Assembly: GCA_036389195.1 (NCBI GenBank)
Contig: DASVQH010000432.1
Span: 7,910-71,909, forward strand
Length of the DNA: 64,000 bases
Origin: Solirubrobacteraceae bacterium
Lineage (GTDB): Bacteria > Actinomycetota > Thermoleophilia > Solirubrobacterales > Solirubrobacteraceae
Reading direction: 5' to 3'
Below are positions 26,375 through 35,410 of the stretch, one piece after another. Position 1 is the first letter of the stretch. Each line of letters begins with the position of its first letter. The notes beneath the pieces are model-generated. The model did no database searches, was not told the origin of the DNA, and worked only from the letters and a program-made list of their open reading frames with translations. A program made the translations under genes and the position numbers.

Positions 26375-28491
26375 ATGGGCAGCAGCCAGAGAACCCGTGG
26401 TTCGCCGACCGCCATCGCTCCCAGTGAACTAGTCAGGGAAGCGGCGGGCAGTCGTCCGCGCAGGCTCTGCCAGCGTGGCCCGAGATCGCGATCGGAGCAC
26501 AATCCGAGCCCGAGGAGCGCCTGCAGCTCAAGCCAGCCGGCCCCGTTCGCACGGCAGCGTTGCGCCAGCGAGTCGAAGTGTCGGGCGGCCGAGTGCTCGT
26601 TGCCGTCCAAGCGCTCGAGCTCGGCAAGCCCCAGCTGCGCCATGGCTTCGGCGGTGGGCGAGGCGGACCCGCCGACTACCCGGTTGAGCCGCCGACGTGC
26701 GTCCGTCAGATCGTATAGGGCGATGGCCAGGTCGGCCAGGATGAGGTCGAGGTCGTCGCGATAGCGCCCTGAGGCATCGGCAGCGCGTGCCTCTGCCAGG
26801 AGTTCGCCGGCGTTGTCGGGCGCGGACTTCTTCGCCATGGCGACTCGTAGTGTCAACAGCCGTACGGTGCGCAGGTCGTCGAGCAAGCCAGGCCGGCCGT
26901 CGGCCGAGAAGCGGCGCTGCGTCTCGGCGAGCGCTTGAGTCGCGTTCTCGGGGCGGCCCAGGTGGCACAGCGCGACCGCTTGCAGCCAGGCGCCCCAGCC
27001 GCGCCACACGGCGATGGCGTAGCGCCCGCGCCGGAAGCGCAGGTCGAACCCCCGCGCCAGCGCATCGTCGAAGCGGCCGGCGTAGACGGCGGCCAGGCCG
27101 GACTCGAGCAGCGCGCCGGCCAGACGCTCAGGATCAGAGACGGTCTCTGTCTCGAGGCCGCGCGCGGCAGCGTCCGCGTCGGCGCCGGCCAGCGCGGGGC
27201 GGAACTCATAGCGGCGAGCCTGGGCTCGATAGTAGAGGTCGACCGGGTATGGCTGACCATCCGGCCCTCGCCGCACCCGCGTGCTCCACTCCGCGAACTG
27301 CCCGAGCGGTTCCCAGCCGTCTCGCAGGCGCAGCGCGCTCGCCCGGGTGATCAAGTGATCGCGCAGTGGCAAGGGGCGCACCGCGTGCAGTACGCGCCGG
27401 TGTGCCGCCAGCCAGCGCACCAGCCGAGCTGCGGTCCCCGCGTTGTACAAGCTGCGTGTCACGGCCCAGCGCAGGTGGCCGGGGAGCGTGCTCGAGCGTC
27501 GCGCCAGCAGATCGTCCACGCGCGCGGCGCGCAGCGCTTCGGGGTGCACGGCCGGCGCCCCGAAGCGTTCGACCACCCGGGCCTGCACGATGCCCGGCGG
27601 CTCGGCCAGCTCAAGAGTCGGCGGACTCGGAAGGGTGTACGGCGAGATCACCGCCGCGCGGACCTCGGACTCGAGTTCTGTGCCGGCCGCCTCGGCCAGA
27701 TCGAGGAACGCCTGCGCGTTGGCCGCCACGTCGGCGCCCGAGTCGCCGCTCAGGCGGGGGCGGAAGGTCACGCGCTCGATATGCCGGAAGGCCTGCTGCA
27801 CTTCCCGGCGTGGCCCGACGAAGGGCTCATGCCACACCACCTCAGCGGCGCGACGCATCACCTCGTCAAGCAGCTCAGCCAGGTCGGCGTCGGCTCCGGC
27901 GTAGCCGAAGAACACAGCGATCCGGCCTTCCGCCAGCGCCGCCAATCGCTCGAGCTCGGCCGACGGCAGCGGCGACATGAGCTCTCGATCGGTGAAGGCC
28001 ATGCTGATCGGCACCGCTGCGCTGCCGTGCAGCTTGACGAACGTCCCTGGGGCGGCGACGCGCAGAGGCACCAGCAGCTCCGGGGCGCGGTCCGAGGCGC
28101 GTCCCGCCAATGGCGGGTCGATGCCCAACTGCGCGCAGGCGTGCTCAACGCCGAGGTCGACGTTGGTCGTCCACACACAGCCGCCCGCTCTCAGAACCTG
28201 CGCGGCCACCTGGTGCGCTGCGCCGGGCGGCGAGCAGCGAAAGAGCCGAGCCAACTCCTCGGCGAACTGAATTCCGAAGCGCTGCAGCGCACCGAACAGC
28301 ACTTCGGCCGAGAGGTCGGGATCTTTGAAGGCCGGGTAGCGGTCGTGGATCCAGACCCGCTCCGCGTCGGTTCGCGTCGCGCGCCAGCCCATGGCGCCCA
28401 GCACGCCGGCCGCCAGGTCGGGAAAGAGCGGCAAGCTGGTGGGCGGTGCCACCGAAGCGCCCGCGCCAAGGAAGAGAAGCCAGTCATCCAT
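26371..28491 (-). CDS. SIR2-like (SIR2_2) domain protein with C-terminal TPR-like helical repeats (~706 aa)
   Basis: 'LLFLGAGASVAP', 'CVWTTNVDLGVEHA' and 'FVKLHGSAAVP' are the three hallmark SIR2_2 motifs, all intact. The C-terminal ~450 aa are helical-repeat-like. No P-loop seen. I chose the start at ATG 28491 ('MDDWLLFLGAGAS'); the track ORF extends to 28611. Confidence 0.8.
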   Translation of the reverse strand: MDDWLLFLGAGASVAPPTSLPLFPDLAAGVLGAMGWRATRTDAERVWIHDRYPAFKDPDLSAEVLFGALQRFGIQFAEELARLFRCSPPGAAHQVAAQVLRAGGCVWTTNVDLGVEHACAQLGIDPPLAGRASDRAPELLVPLRVAAPGTFVKLHGSAAVPISMAFTDRELMSPLPSAELERLAALAEGRIAVFFGYAGADADLAELLDEVMRRAAEVVWHEPFVGPRREVQQAFRHIERVTFRPRLSGDSGADVAANAQAFLDLAEAAGTELESEVRAAVISPYTLPSPPTLELAEPPGIVQARVVERFGAPAVHPEALRAARVDDLLARRSSTLPGHLRWAVTRSLYNAGTAARLVRWLAAHRRVLHAVRPLPLRDHLITRASALRLRDGWEPLGQFAEWSTRVRRGPDGQPYPVDLYYRAQARRYEFRPALAGADADAAARGLETETVSDPERLAGALLESGLAAVYAGRFDDALARGFDLRFRRGRYAIAVWRGWGAWLQAVALCHLGRPENATQALAETQRRFSADGRPGLLDDLRTVRLLTLRVAMAKKSAPDNAGELLAEARAADASGRYRDDLDLILADLAIALYDLTDARRRLNRVVGGSASPTAEAMAQLGLAELERLDGNEHSAARHFDSLAQRCRANGAGWLELQALLGLGLCSDRDLGPRWQSLRGRLPAASLTSSLGAMAVGEPRVLWLLPI

Positions 28492-28933
28492 CACCTGAGC
28501 GCCATCGTCCCAGAGGCGCGGAGAGACACGCGCCCTGGAACTCGCTTGTGGAGGGCCCTTGGTCCGCGGCCCCACCGCCGACGTCCTCAGAGCTCTAGTC
28601 GGCTGCGTCATCGCCCACTCCGTCGGTGGAGAGTCCAGAGTCGACTGCCGCGCCGCCTACGCCGTCGGCGGAGAGCTCTGGGTCGGCGGCCGCGCCTTCC
28701 CAGCCGCTGCGGCTCGACGCCGAGCCGGACGCTGAGCCCGACCTTGAATAGACACGTCCTAAGCCGACCGATGACCTCGACGGCCGCACCGGCCTTATGA
28801 GCTGTCGACCGTGCTCGGGCGCCTCATCCCGCGATGCCGGTCCTGCCCAGAGCGCGGCGTCCTCACCCTTGCTTCATGCGGTGCTCATCTTCACCGCGGC
28901 TTCGGCGCTGACACCGATTCCCTCCGCGCGTGC

Positions 28934-30901
28934 TCAGACGCCGGCGACCTCGGCGGCCGGCGCCTTACGCGCTCGCAGGGACGCGAACATCGGCAGCAGC
29001 GCCCAGCGCACCACGGCCTGAGTGCCGAAACCGGCGGCGAAGGCGGTGACGTAGTCCTTGGTCGAACCCCAGGTATCGGTGTACAGCGGCACGACGTAGC
29101 CGACGATCGCGACCGCCACCAGCAGCGCGCTGAGCAGCAAACTCTCGCGCGAGATGCGACGCAGCAGCCCCTCGGCGTCCTCTGGCGGCCGCAGGCCGGT
29201 GGCGCCCGTTGCTGCGCTACCGGCCTGCTGGCCGAGCCGCTGCCGGATGCTGACGAGCATCGGCGCGTCGAGCGTGGCTCGCACTGCCGCCCTCGCCCGG
29301 CCGAGCAGCCCCGGTCGCGCGGGAGCCACTGCGTCGGCCGCCGCAGACGCGGCGGCCAGATGAGCCTCGACGGAGATCTGGCGCTGCAGCTCCTCGGCTC
29401 CCACCAGCAGCTCGATGCGTTCGGCGTCATCTCGCACGGGCTCGCCCTTGGGCGGGTCGGTGAAGGCGAACAGATCAGCGGCGAGCGCGGCTCGCTGGGC
29501 AGGATCATCAAGGTCCATGATCGCCCGCCACAGCGCGGCCACCTTGGTGTGCCAATCGCCTTGGCGGCGCAGGCGTGTCACAAGGCGCTCGGCCGCCGTG
29601 TCGTCGGCGGGGGCGTCGCGGACGGCGATCAGTAGACGCTCGGTGTCGCGGTACACGCCAGTGGTGTCCCACTCGCGACCCTCGAGATCGGCGGGATGCT
29701 CCTTGTCGGCGGTATCGCGCAACTCGGCGGTCTGCTCCTCGATGCGCAGCCAGCGCTGCACGCTGGTGATCAGGCTCTGCGCCCAGTCGGTGTCCTCGTC
29801 GAGATCGGCGTCGCTGCGCGCCCAGTGGATGGAGGAGAACAGCCCGGCGGCACCGTGCAGGCCGGGCAGAGCCAGCCACTCTGTCGTGTCCCACGGCTGG
29901 GGTCCGAGCAGCTCGTCGAGGTCGTAGGACAGCGGGTGTTCGCGCTTGGCCCGCTCGCTCTTGTAACGCTCGAGCGCGCCGCGTACGTTGGCCCGCAGCA
30001 CGTTCTTGCGGCGGCTCAGGCCGCCCAGATGTGGCAGCAGCCCGCCGACGAGCGCGCCAGCCAGCACGGTCAGGATCGCCCAGCCGATCCAGTGGTGCGC
30101 GCGCACGGTCAGCTCGACTCTTGGTTCGTCGGTCTGGTCCGAAAGCGGCAGGAAGCCCTTGTACTCGCCGGCTTCGGGCTCGCCCTCGAGGTGCACGGCG
30201 GCTTGGCGTCGACCGTCGCGCTCGACGACGGTCCACCCGACTGTCGCGCTGTGGCCCTCGGCGTTGCGCAGCACCGTGCGCCCGGTCAGCGGATGTGGCT
30301 CGGCCAGCAGGGCGTTGGCACGGGCGCCGGAGAGCACGACGACGGCGTCGTGGCCGCGGAAGCCGCGGCTCCAGAGAATCTCGGTCGTCTGCATCTCGAC
30401 GGTCGACGGACGCGCGACGACGTCGCTCAGCGGCTCGAGCGAGGCACGGACGGACACGGTGAGCGGCGCGACCTGGCGCCGCGCGCGGTCCGTCGGGCGA
30501 GCCTGCATCGTCAGCGTTCCGCTGAGGCGGTCACGGCGGGATCCGTCGGGCAGGCGGAAGCGCAGGCGGATCTCCGCCGAAGCCTGCGCGGCCAGCGTCT
30601 TCGCAGTGTCCTCGTCCGCATTGATGAGCGCGCCGTTGTCGCTGCGCGCCACGGTGGCGCCTTCACTGCCGTCGGCGGGCGTGAAACGCAAGATCAGCCG
30701 ACGACGATCGTCAGTGCTGTTGCGTACGAGCAGCGTCGCTGAAGCGTGGCGCGCGCCGTCGGCGACCGGACCGAGACGGACGTCGAGCTCGGCCTTGGCC
30801 GGAGCCAGCAGCTCGAGCGGGGCCGCGGCCGACGCCGGACCTGCCTCCATGAGCACGGCGGCGAACACGGCTAACAGCGCGCGGCGCAAGGCGAGGGACA
30901 C
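28934..30901 (-). CDS. Secreted/membrane-anchored protein of unknown function (655 aa)
   Basis: Signal-peptide-like N-terminus 'MSLALRRALLAVFAAVLMEAGPASAAAP' (GTG start). A ~260-aa beta-rich region follows. TM helix 'WIGWAILTVLAGALVGGLL', then a ~270-aa helical region. Two C-terminal hydrophobic segments: 'LLLSALLVAVAIVGYVV' and 'VTAFAAGFGTQAVVRWALLPMF'. Confidence 0.65.
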   Translation of the reverse strand: MSLALRRALLAVFAAVLMEAGPASAAAPLELLAPAKAELDVRLGPVADGARHASATLLVRNSTDDRRRLILRFTPADGSEGATVARSDNGALINADEDTAKTLAAQASAEIRLRFRLPDGSRRDRLSGTLTMQARPTDRARRQVAPLTVSVRASLEPLSDVVARPSTVEMQTTEILWSRGFRGHDAVVVLSGARANALLAEPHPLTGRTVLRNAEGHSATVGWTVVERDGRRQAAVHLEGEPEAGEYKGFLPLSDQTDEPRVELTVRAHHWIGWAILTVLAGALVGGLLPHLGGLSRRKNVLRANVRGALERYKSERAKREHPLSYDLDELLGPQPWDTTEWLALPGLHGAAGLFSSIHWARSDADLDEDTDWAQSLITSVQRWLRIEEQTAELRDTADKEHPADLEGREWDTTGVYRDTERLLIAVRDAPADDTAAERLVTRLRRQGDWHTKVAALWRAIMDLDDPAQRAALAADLFAFTDPPKGEPVRDDAERIELLVGAEELQRQISVEAHLAAASAAADAVAPARPGLLGRARAAVRATLDAPMLVSIRQRLGQQAGSAATGATGLRPPEDAEGLLRRISRESLLLSALLVAVAIVGYVVPLYTDTWGSTKDYVTAFAAGFGTQAVVRWALLPMFASLRARKAPAAEVAGV

Positions 30902-31016
30902 GCTGCGAGCCTAATGGCACTCCTGCGCCCGCGACAACTTACTGGTCGAGACGCCACACCGGGCGTGTCGGGCAGCAGCAGCCGACGACGCCGACCCGTC
31001 GCCGCCCCGACGTCCT

Positions 31017-31664
31017 TCAGACCAGCTCGCAGTCCATCGCACGCAACGTCGGAGCCAGCGGCAGGCAGACGCCGGTGCCGGAGCTGCGCTGGACGCCGAC
31101 CAGCAGCGCGACCGCCCGATCGGAGCGATCGACGAGCACCGAGCCCGAGTCGCCGTGGGCGGCGAAGCCGCCGTCGGCGCGCACGAAACGCACGCCTTCG
31201 TAGAACATGTACCGTCCGTCGGGCAGACGGACATTGCGATCACGCGAGCTGTTGTCGAGCAGCCCGACGCGCAACGTGCTGCGCGCGCCGCGCATCCGGA
31301 CCTCGATCTGGTCCTCCTCGTCGGGCGCGGTGATGTCGCGCAGGCCGCTGACCGGGCGGTTGCCGACGATCGAGCCGAGAGCGATCGGCTCAACGGCCTC
31401 GATCAGCGCCGCGTCGTGCGCGCTCTTGCGCGCCGTCAGCAGCGGCAGGCTGCGCGTCACAAAGCCCAGCGCCACCGGGTCGGCCGGATCGTCGAAGCTG
31501 TAGCCGTAGCCGTGGACCTCGATCGGCGCGCCAGGCTCGGTCAGACGCGCGAGCTCGCCGGCCACGTGCGCGGCGGTCAGCAGCGCGGTCGTGCCGCGGC
31601 GGCGGTCGCGCACCGGAAGGCCGTACGAGCCGCGCTGATCCCACTGACCGGCGACGGCCAGCAC
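31017..31664 (-). CDS. Trypsin-like (S1/chymotrypsin fold) serine peptidase, no signal peptide (215 aa)
   Basis: Catalytic triad motifs in order: 'LLTAAHVAG' (His), 'AHDAALIE' (Asp), 'HGDSGSVLV' (GDSG Ser). GTG start. No hydrophobic leader. Confidence 0.7.
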   Translation of the reverse strand: MLAVAGQWDQRGSYGLPVRDRRRGTTALLTAAHVAGELARLTEPGAPIEVHGYGYSFDDPADPVALGFVTRSLPLLTARKSAHDAALIEAVEPIALGSIVGNRPVSGLRDITAPDEEDQIEVRMRGARSTLRVGLLDNSSRDRNVRLPDGRYMFYEGVRFVRADGGFAAHGDSGSVLVDRSDRAVALLVGVQRSSGTGVCLPLAPTLRAMDCELV

Positions 31665-31714
31665 GAAGCCGGGCTGCGGCGCGCGCGTCGGCGCCGGAGC
31701 GGTCGGCGCGTGTC

Positions 31715-31930
31715 TCAGGCCAGCGCGGCGAAGACCGGCGAGTCGAGCTCGCCGACGACCGACAGGGAACCGAAGTGCTCGGGCAGCTTGCTCAGCGAGC
31801 TGGCCTCGTCCACGACGGCCACCAACACGCGGCGCCCGCCGCGGCTCTCCATGCGAACCTCGACGGCCACCGGCTCGTCGAGCACGAAGCGATCGATGAA
31901 GGCGCTACGGATCTGAGCTTCGTCGTACAT
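31715..31930 (-). CDS. Small hypothetical protein (71 aa)
   Basis: ATG start with AGGTG 5 nt upstream. Lies 50 nt upstream of the protease gene on the same strand. No motif recognised. Confidence 0.45.
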   Translation of the reverse strand: MYDEAQIRSAFIDRFVLDEPVAVEVRMESRGGRRVLVAVVDEASSLSKLPEHFGSLSVVGELDSPVFAALA

Positions 31931-32185
31931 GGGTCACCTATGAGCTTACCCGGAAGAGTGCGGGCACACCACCTTTCTCGACATGCGTCGCCCGCGACTT
32001 GAGCGCCGCGACGTTCCTCGACGTGCCGGCCGCCCGCATCGCGGGCGCTGATCGCCGTCGCCGAGGACGCGCTGATCTCGCGTGGATCGCGACCCGTCCA
32101 CATCGCGGGACGTCGCCGGCCCAGCGGGCCGCTGTCCGGTCGTGGCGGGGCGCCCGCCTGAGCCAGACGATCGGAGCCCCACTGT

Positions 32186-33382
32186 TCAACGTCTGAGGCT
32201 TGGCGGCGGGCGGTCGTCGGCTGGCTCGTTGATCATCCGAGCCATCAGGTCGACGTCAAGACGGAGACTGAGTGCGGCTAGGGTCCTCACACCGAGGCAC
32301 AGCGCTTCACCGGCGAGGATTCGCTCACAGACGCCGTCGATGGCCACCGACCGGGAACGCGTACGCACGACCTCGAGCGCCGTCCGCGCGAGGCACTCTC
32401 CGTCGGCAGGGTCGACGCTCGTACGAAGGTGATACTGGCTGCCTGGGCCGGTCGAGAAGCGCAGGAAGGCAAGACCGTCGGGATCGACGGCGACGTCGGC
32501 CTCTATCTCATCGGCGCGGTGGCGGAGAAGCGGGTCGTTCACGATGAGGGTGTTCAAGTCGGTGAGCTCGCGCCAGGCGCCGACGCTGGGAGCGTGGGAC
32601 ATCCAGAACGCAGCTGGGATGCCCCGGGCGGCGAACGGCAGCAGGAGCGATGGCTCGTCGCCGGGGTAGAGACACTCCGACATAAGCTCTGGCGTGCTGA
32701 ACAGATCGTCGCCGGCCCAAGCCACTCCGCGGCTGATCACGGGACGAGTGGTCAGGCCTTCGATGTCCAGCTTGCGCGCAAGCAAGCCGAACGAGGTCTC
32801 CTTTCCATCGGCCGACCATGCGTGGGGGACGACGGCGGAGCCGACTGCTTCAGCGTGCCCGCCAGGACCGCACGCGACGAGGAGAAGGGCCTTGCGCAGC
32901 CGAGCCGGCTTCAGTTGACCGGGACCTCCGATTCGGTCGTCGGGGATCTCGTCCCAGGAGATCCCGGCTCGCGTGCCGCTCGACTCGCCGTGCTTCTCGG
33001 GTTCACGGGTCGAGCTCTCGATGCGATCACGGATCATCTCGACGTGAATGGCCTCCGGCGGCTGGCGCAGACCTTCCTCGCTCAGCACGCCGTAGAGCGC
33101 TGCGTCGAGGCACCCGGAGTCGGCGAACTCGCCGGAGCGCTTGCTGAAGTCAGCCAACGCGCTGCGCAGGATGCGAGACCCGCCGTACGAGCCGTCCTCC
33201 GAACGCTGGCTGGCGCGGAGGAACACCGCGGAGCCGACTTCGTCGATGTACATCGTCGGCACCGAACCGCTGTTGTGCCCCTTGCGACGCGCCGCAGGAC
33301 GCACGCCATAAGCGCACGCGCGCTGATACGCTTGCGCGACGCGTTCTTCCACCCACTCGGCCGTCCCGTCCCATGACCCCAT
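32186..33382 (-). CDS. Hypothetical protein (~398 aa)
   Basis: Long ORF with protein-like composition. I chose the internal ATG at 33382 ('MGSWDGTAEWVEERV'); the track ORF extends to 33550 through a low-quality stretch. No motif recognised. Confidence 0.5.
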   Translation of the reverse strand: MGSWDGTAEWVEERVAQAYQRACAYGVRPAARRKGHNSGSVPTMYIDEVGSAVFLRASQRSEDGSYGGSRILRSALADFSKRSGEFADSGCLDAALYGVLSEEGLRQPPEAIHVEMIRDRIESSTREPEKHGESSGTRAGISWDEIPDDRIGGPGQLKPARLRKALLLVACGPGGHAEAVGSAVVPHAWSADGKETSFGLLARKLDIEGLTTRPVISRGVAWAGDDLFSTPELMSECLYPGDEPSLLLPFAARGIPAAFWMSHAPSVGAWRELTDLNTLIVNDPLLRHRADEIEADVAVDPDGLAFLRFSTGPGSQYHLRTSVDPADGECLARTALEVVRTRSRSVAIDGVCERILAGEALCLGVRTLAALSLRLDVDLMARMINEPADDRPPPSLRR

Positions 33383-33556
33383 CGGCCGCCTCGACACTAC
33401 GGAACGTAAGCGTCCAGTAGTAGAGCGCGAAAAAATGCCACCTTGAGCGAGCGTGGTGCGAGGTCGACTATCCCGCAGCGACAGCACGGTCGGCCCCGTC
33501 GCGCCGCCCGTGAACCGAACAGAACCGACCCGATGGGTTGATCGGACCACCGTTTA

Positions 33557-34648
33557 ATGCAGAGCATCAGCAGCGACAGCGCCACTGGGGCCGGCGAGGA
33601 GCCTCACTTTCGTGGCCAGGACGCTCGCGCATCGAGTGCGAGCGCCGCGGCGACGCAAGTCGGTCAGCAAAGCCTGGACCTCGACCGGCAGTACCGCCCG
33701 GCCGGCGACAGCTGGACGCCCGGCTCGGTCTTCACGCCGGTCCTTGACCGGCGCGGACAGCACATGCTCGTCCGGGACGAGCCTGATGGCGGTGTGCGAG
33801 CTATTGTCCCCGGCGGCGCACATCTGATCGACCGGCCAGATCAGCGAGACGTCCCCTTGCTGTGGCGCCATGCGTACTGGCGTGTCGCCGAGCATCTGAC
33901 TCGGGATCTGGCACCGACCTTCGTGCTCGACACCACCCTCCTGGACGCGGTTCGCCGTCAACCCGAGCACGCCGAGTGGATGTTCGACCGTGCGGCCGAG
34001 CAACTCACGGTGGTCATGCGCTTCCTCGAGCGCCGCGGGACGCTTGCAGCTGAATCCAAGGTCCTTGCCCGACGACGATCGCTGTTCGTCTTTCTCGAGA
34101 TCGACGCCGCAGCGTCCTACTACCGTGAGCGGACCGGCTTGCAGGTGCCGGCTTCCGCCCGATCTGCACTCGCACGAGCGCGGGCATTGGTCGACGGACC
34201 CGCGCTCGAGGGGATCGCCAAGCTCAATAGCTTCGTGGGCACGGTCGTCGTCCGCACCGGTCTGCTGCGCCTTCGCCGCTGGGAAGGTCTTTCCATCAAG
34301 CTGCTCATGGTCTTCATCAAGCTGTTCGAGCTTCAGCGAGCACTCGACGAGGGCGTGGAGCGCACGCGCCTCTGCGAGCGTCTTCGGCTCCTGCGTGGAG
34401 CACTGGAGCTTGCTCGCTACGGTACGTCTCGCGGATCCGCGCTCGCGCCACTCCGGGCGCTGTGCGACTTGGCCCTGGCGGCAGACCGCAACGGCCGCTG
34501 GAACGAGCAACTGACAGAGTCCCTCTCGTCCGGTCTTCACCAGCAGGCTCATCGCCTGGAGGCCGGGATCTCTCTTCCCCGGCAGGTTGCGACGGACCGG
34601 CGGCGACCGGCGCTGCTCGAGACTGACTTCGAGCTCCTTGCTGCGTAG
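33557..34648 (+). CDS. Hypothetical, mostly alpha-helical protein (363 aa)
   Basis: The plus frame has high GC3 (checked codon by codon around 34262-34380). The 395-aa antisense ORF 33554..34741 is therefore treated as a shadow. No motif recognised. Confidence 0.5.
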   Translation: MQSISSDSATGAGEEPHFRGQDARASSASAAATQVGQQSLDLDRQYRPAGDSWTPGSVFTPVLDRRGQHMLVRDEPDGGVRAIVPGGAHLIDRPDQRDVPLLWRHAYWRVAEHLTRDLAPTFVLDTTLLDAVRRQPEHAEWMFDRAAEQLTVVMRFLERRGTLAAESKVLARRRSLFVFLEIDAAASYYRERTGLQVPASARSALARARALVDGPALEGIAKLNSFVGTVVVRTGLLRLRRWEGLSIKLLMVFIKLFELQRALDEGVERTRLCERLRLLRGALELARYGTSRGSALAPLRALCDLALAADRNGRWNEQLTESLSSGLHQQAHRLEAGISLPRQVATDRRRPALLETDFELLAA

Positions 34649-34762
34649 CTGACGCCTTCCGGCTACAAGGACCGAGACACACGGTGCCTGCGCTTCGGCG
34701 TGGCGTGGGGCTCGCCGGGCGATCCGTGCTTGCAGTGGCAATTCTTGACCCCCTAGAAGAGG

Positions 34763-35410
34763 GTGCCGACCTCAGAGATCCTCGCAAGGGATCTCATGTC
34801 GATTCCGTCCGACACCATCCGCGCTTGGGGCGCGACAAACACCGTTCGTCCGTTGCGCGGAGATCTCGACGAGGTCCTCGACGGCACGACGCCCGCGCTT
34901 GTCGTGCCCGCGGCCGCCAGCGCGCCCCGGAGCCACTGCGTCGCGGTCTCAGCCAGCGCCGGCTCGGGGCAGTCAGCGCAGGCAACAGCCACCGCAGGGG
35001 CCACGACCGGTGGGCTCGCGATGACGGAGCTGCACCGCTCGGTGCAGTCGGCGCTGTCAGTCGCCAGCCCCGTGGGCCAGCTGCGCCGGAGCGCAGGCGA
35101 CCGCGTCGAGGTGGGAGCCCCAGCCTGCGGCCAGCTGCTCGCGGAGCTCTTCCTGACCGTGACCAGCACTTGTCGCCTCTACGTCTATAAGCGCCGCTGC
35201 ACACAGGAAGACGAGGTGCACCGTGGGGATGACGGTGGCTATGAGCCATGGCCCACGACGGCAGGGGTCGCGTTCGAGCGCATCGAGCTCTCGAACGGCA
35301 TGCTGATCGTGACGCGCGCCGACCACTTCCGCCGCCTGCGCACGGGAGCCGCTGGAGTTCTGGTGTACCGCGAGACCTTCTCACTGCCCGCGACCGAGGG
35401 CTCCGCGTGA
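34763..35410 (+). CDS. Hypothetical protein (up to 215 aa)
   Basis: GTG start at 34763; an alternative ATG at 35021 gives 129 aa. The C-terminal part is protein-like ('LYVYKRRCTQEDEVHRGDDGGYEPWPTTAGVAFERIELSNGMLIVTRADHF'). The stop overlaps the alaX-like GTG start (GTGA, 35407-35410). Confidence 0.45.
   Translation: MPTSEILARDLMSIPSDTIRAWGATNTVRPLRGDLDEVLDGTTPALVVPAAASAPRSHCVAVSASAGSGQSAQATATAGATTGGLAMTELHRSVQSALSVASPVGQLRRSAGDRVEVGAPACGQLLAELFLTVTSTCRLYVYKRRCTQEDEVHRGDDGGYEPWPTTAGVAFERIELSNGMLIVTRADHFRRLRTGAAGVLVYRETFSLPATEGSA

Noticed and set aside
28595-28789. 64-codon acidic, repeat-containing minus-strand ORF upstream of the SIR2-like gene.
   Set aside because: It is low-complexity with no SD-like site seen. 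It is kept only as a DNA-repeat observation.
33554-34741. 395-aa minus-strand ORF overlapping the 363-aa plus-strand ORF.
   Set aside because: Codon-by-codon inspection around 34262-34380 shows the G/C third-position bias in the plus frame.
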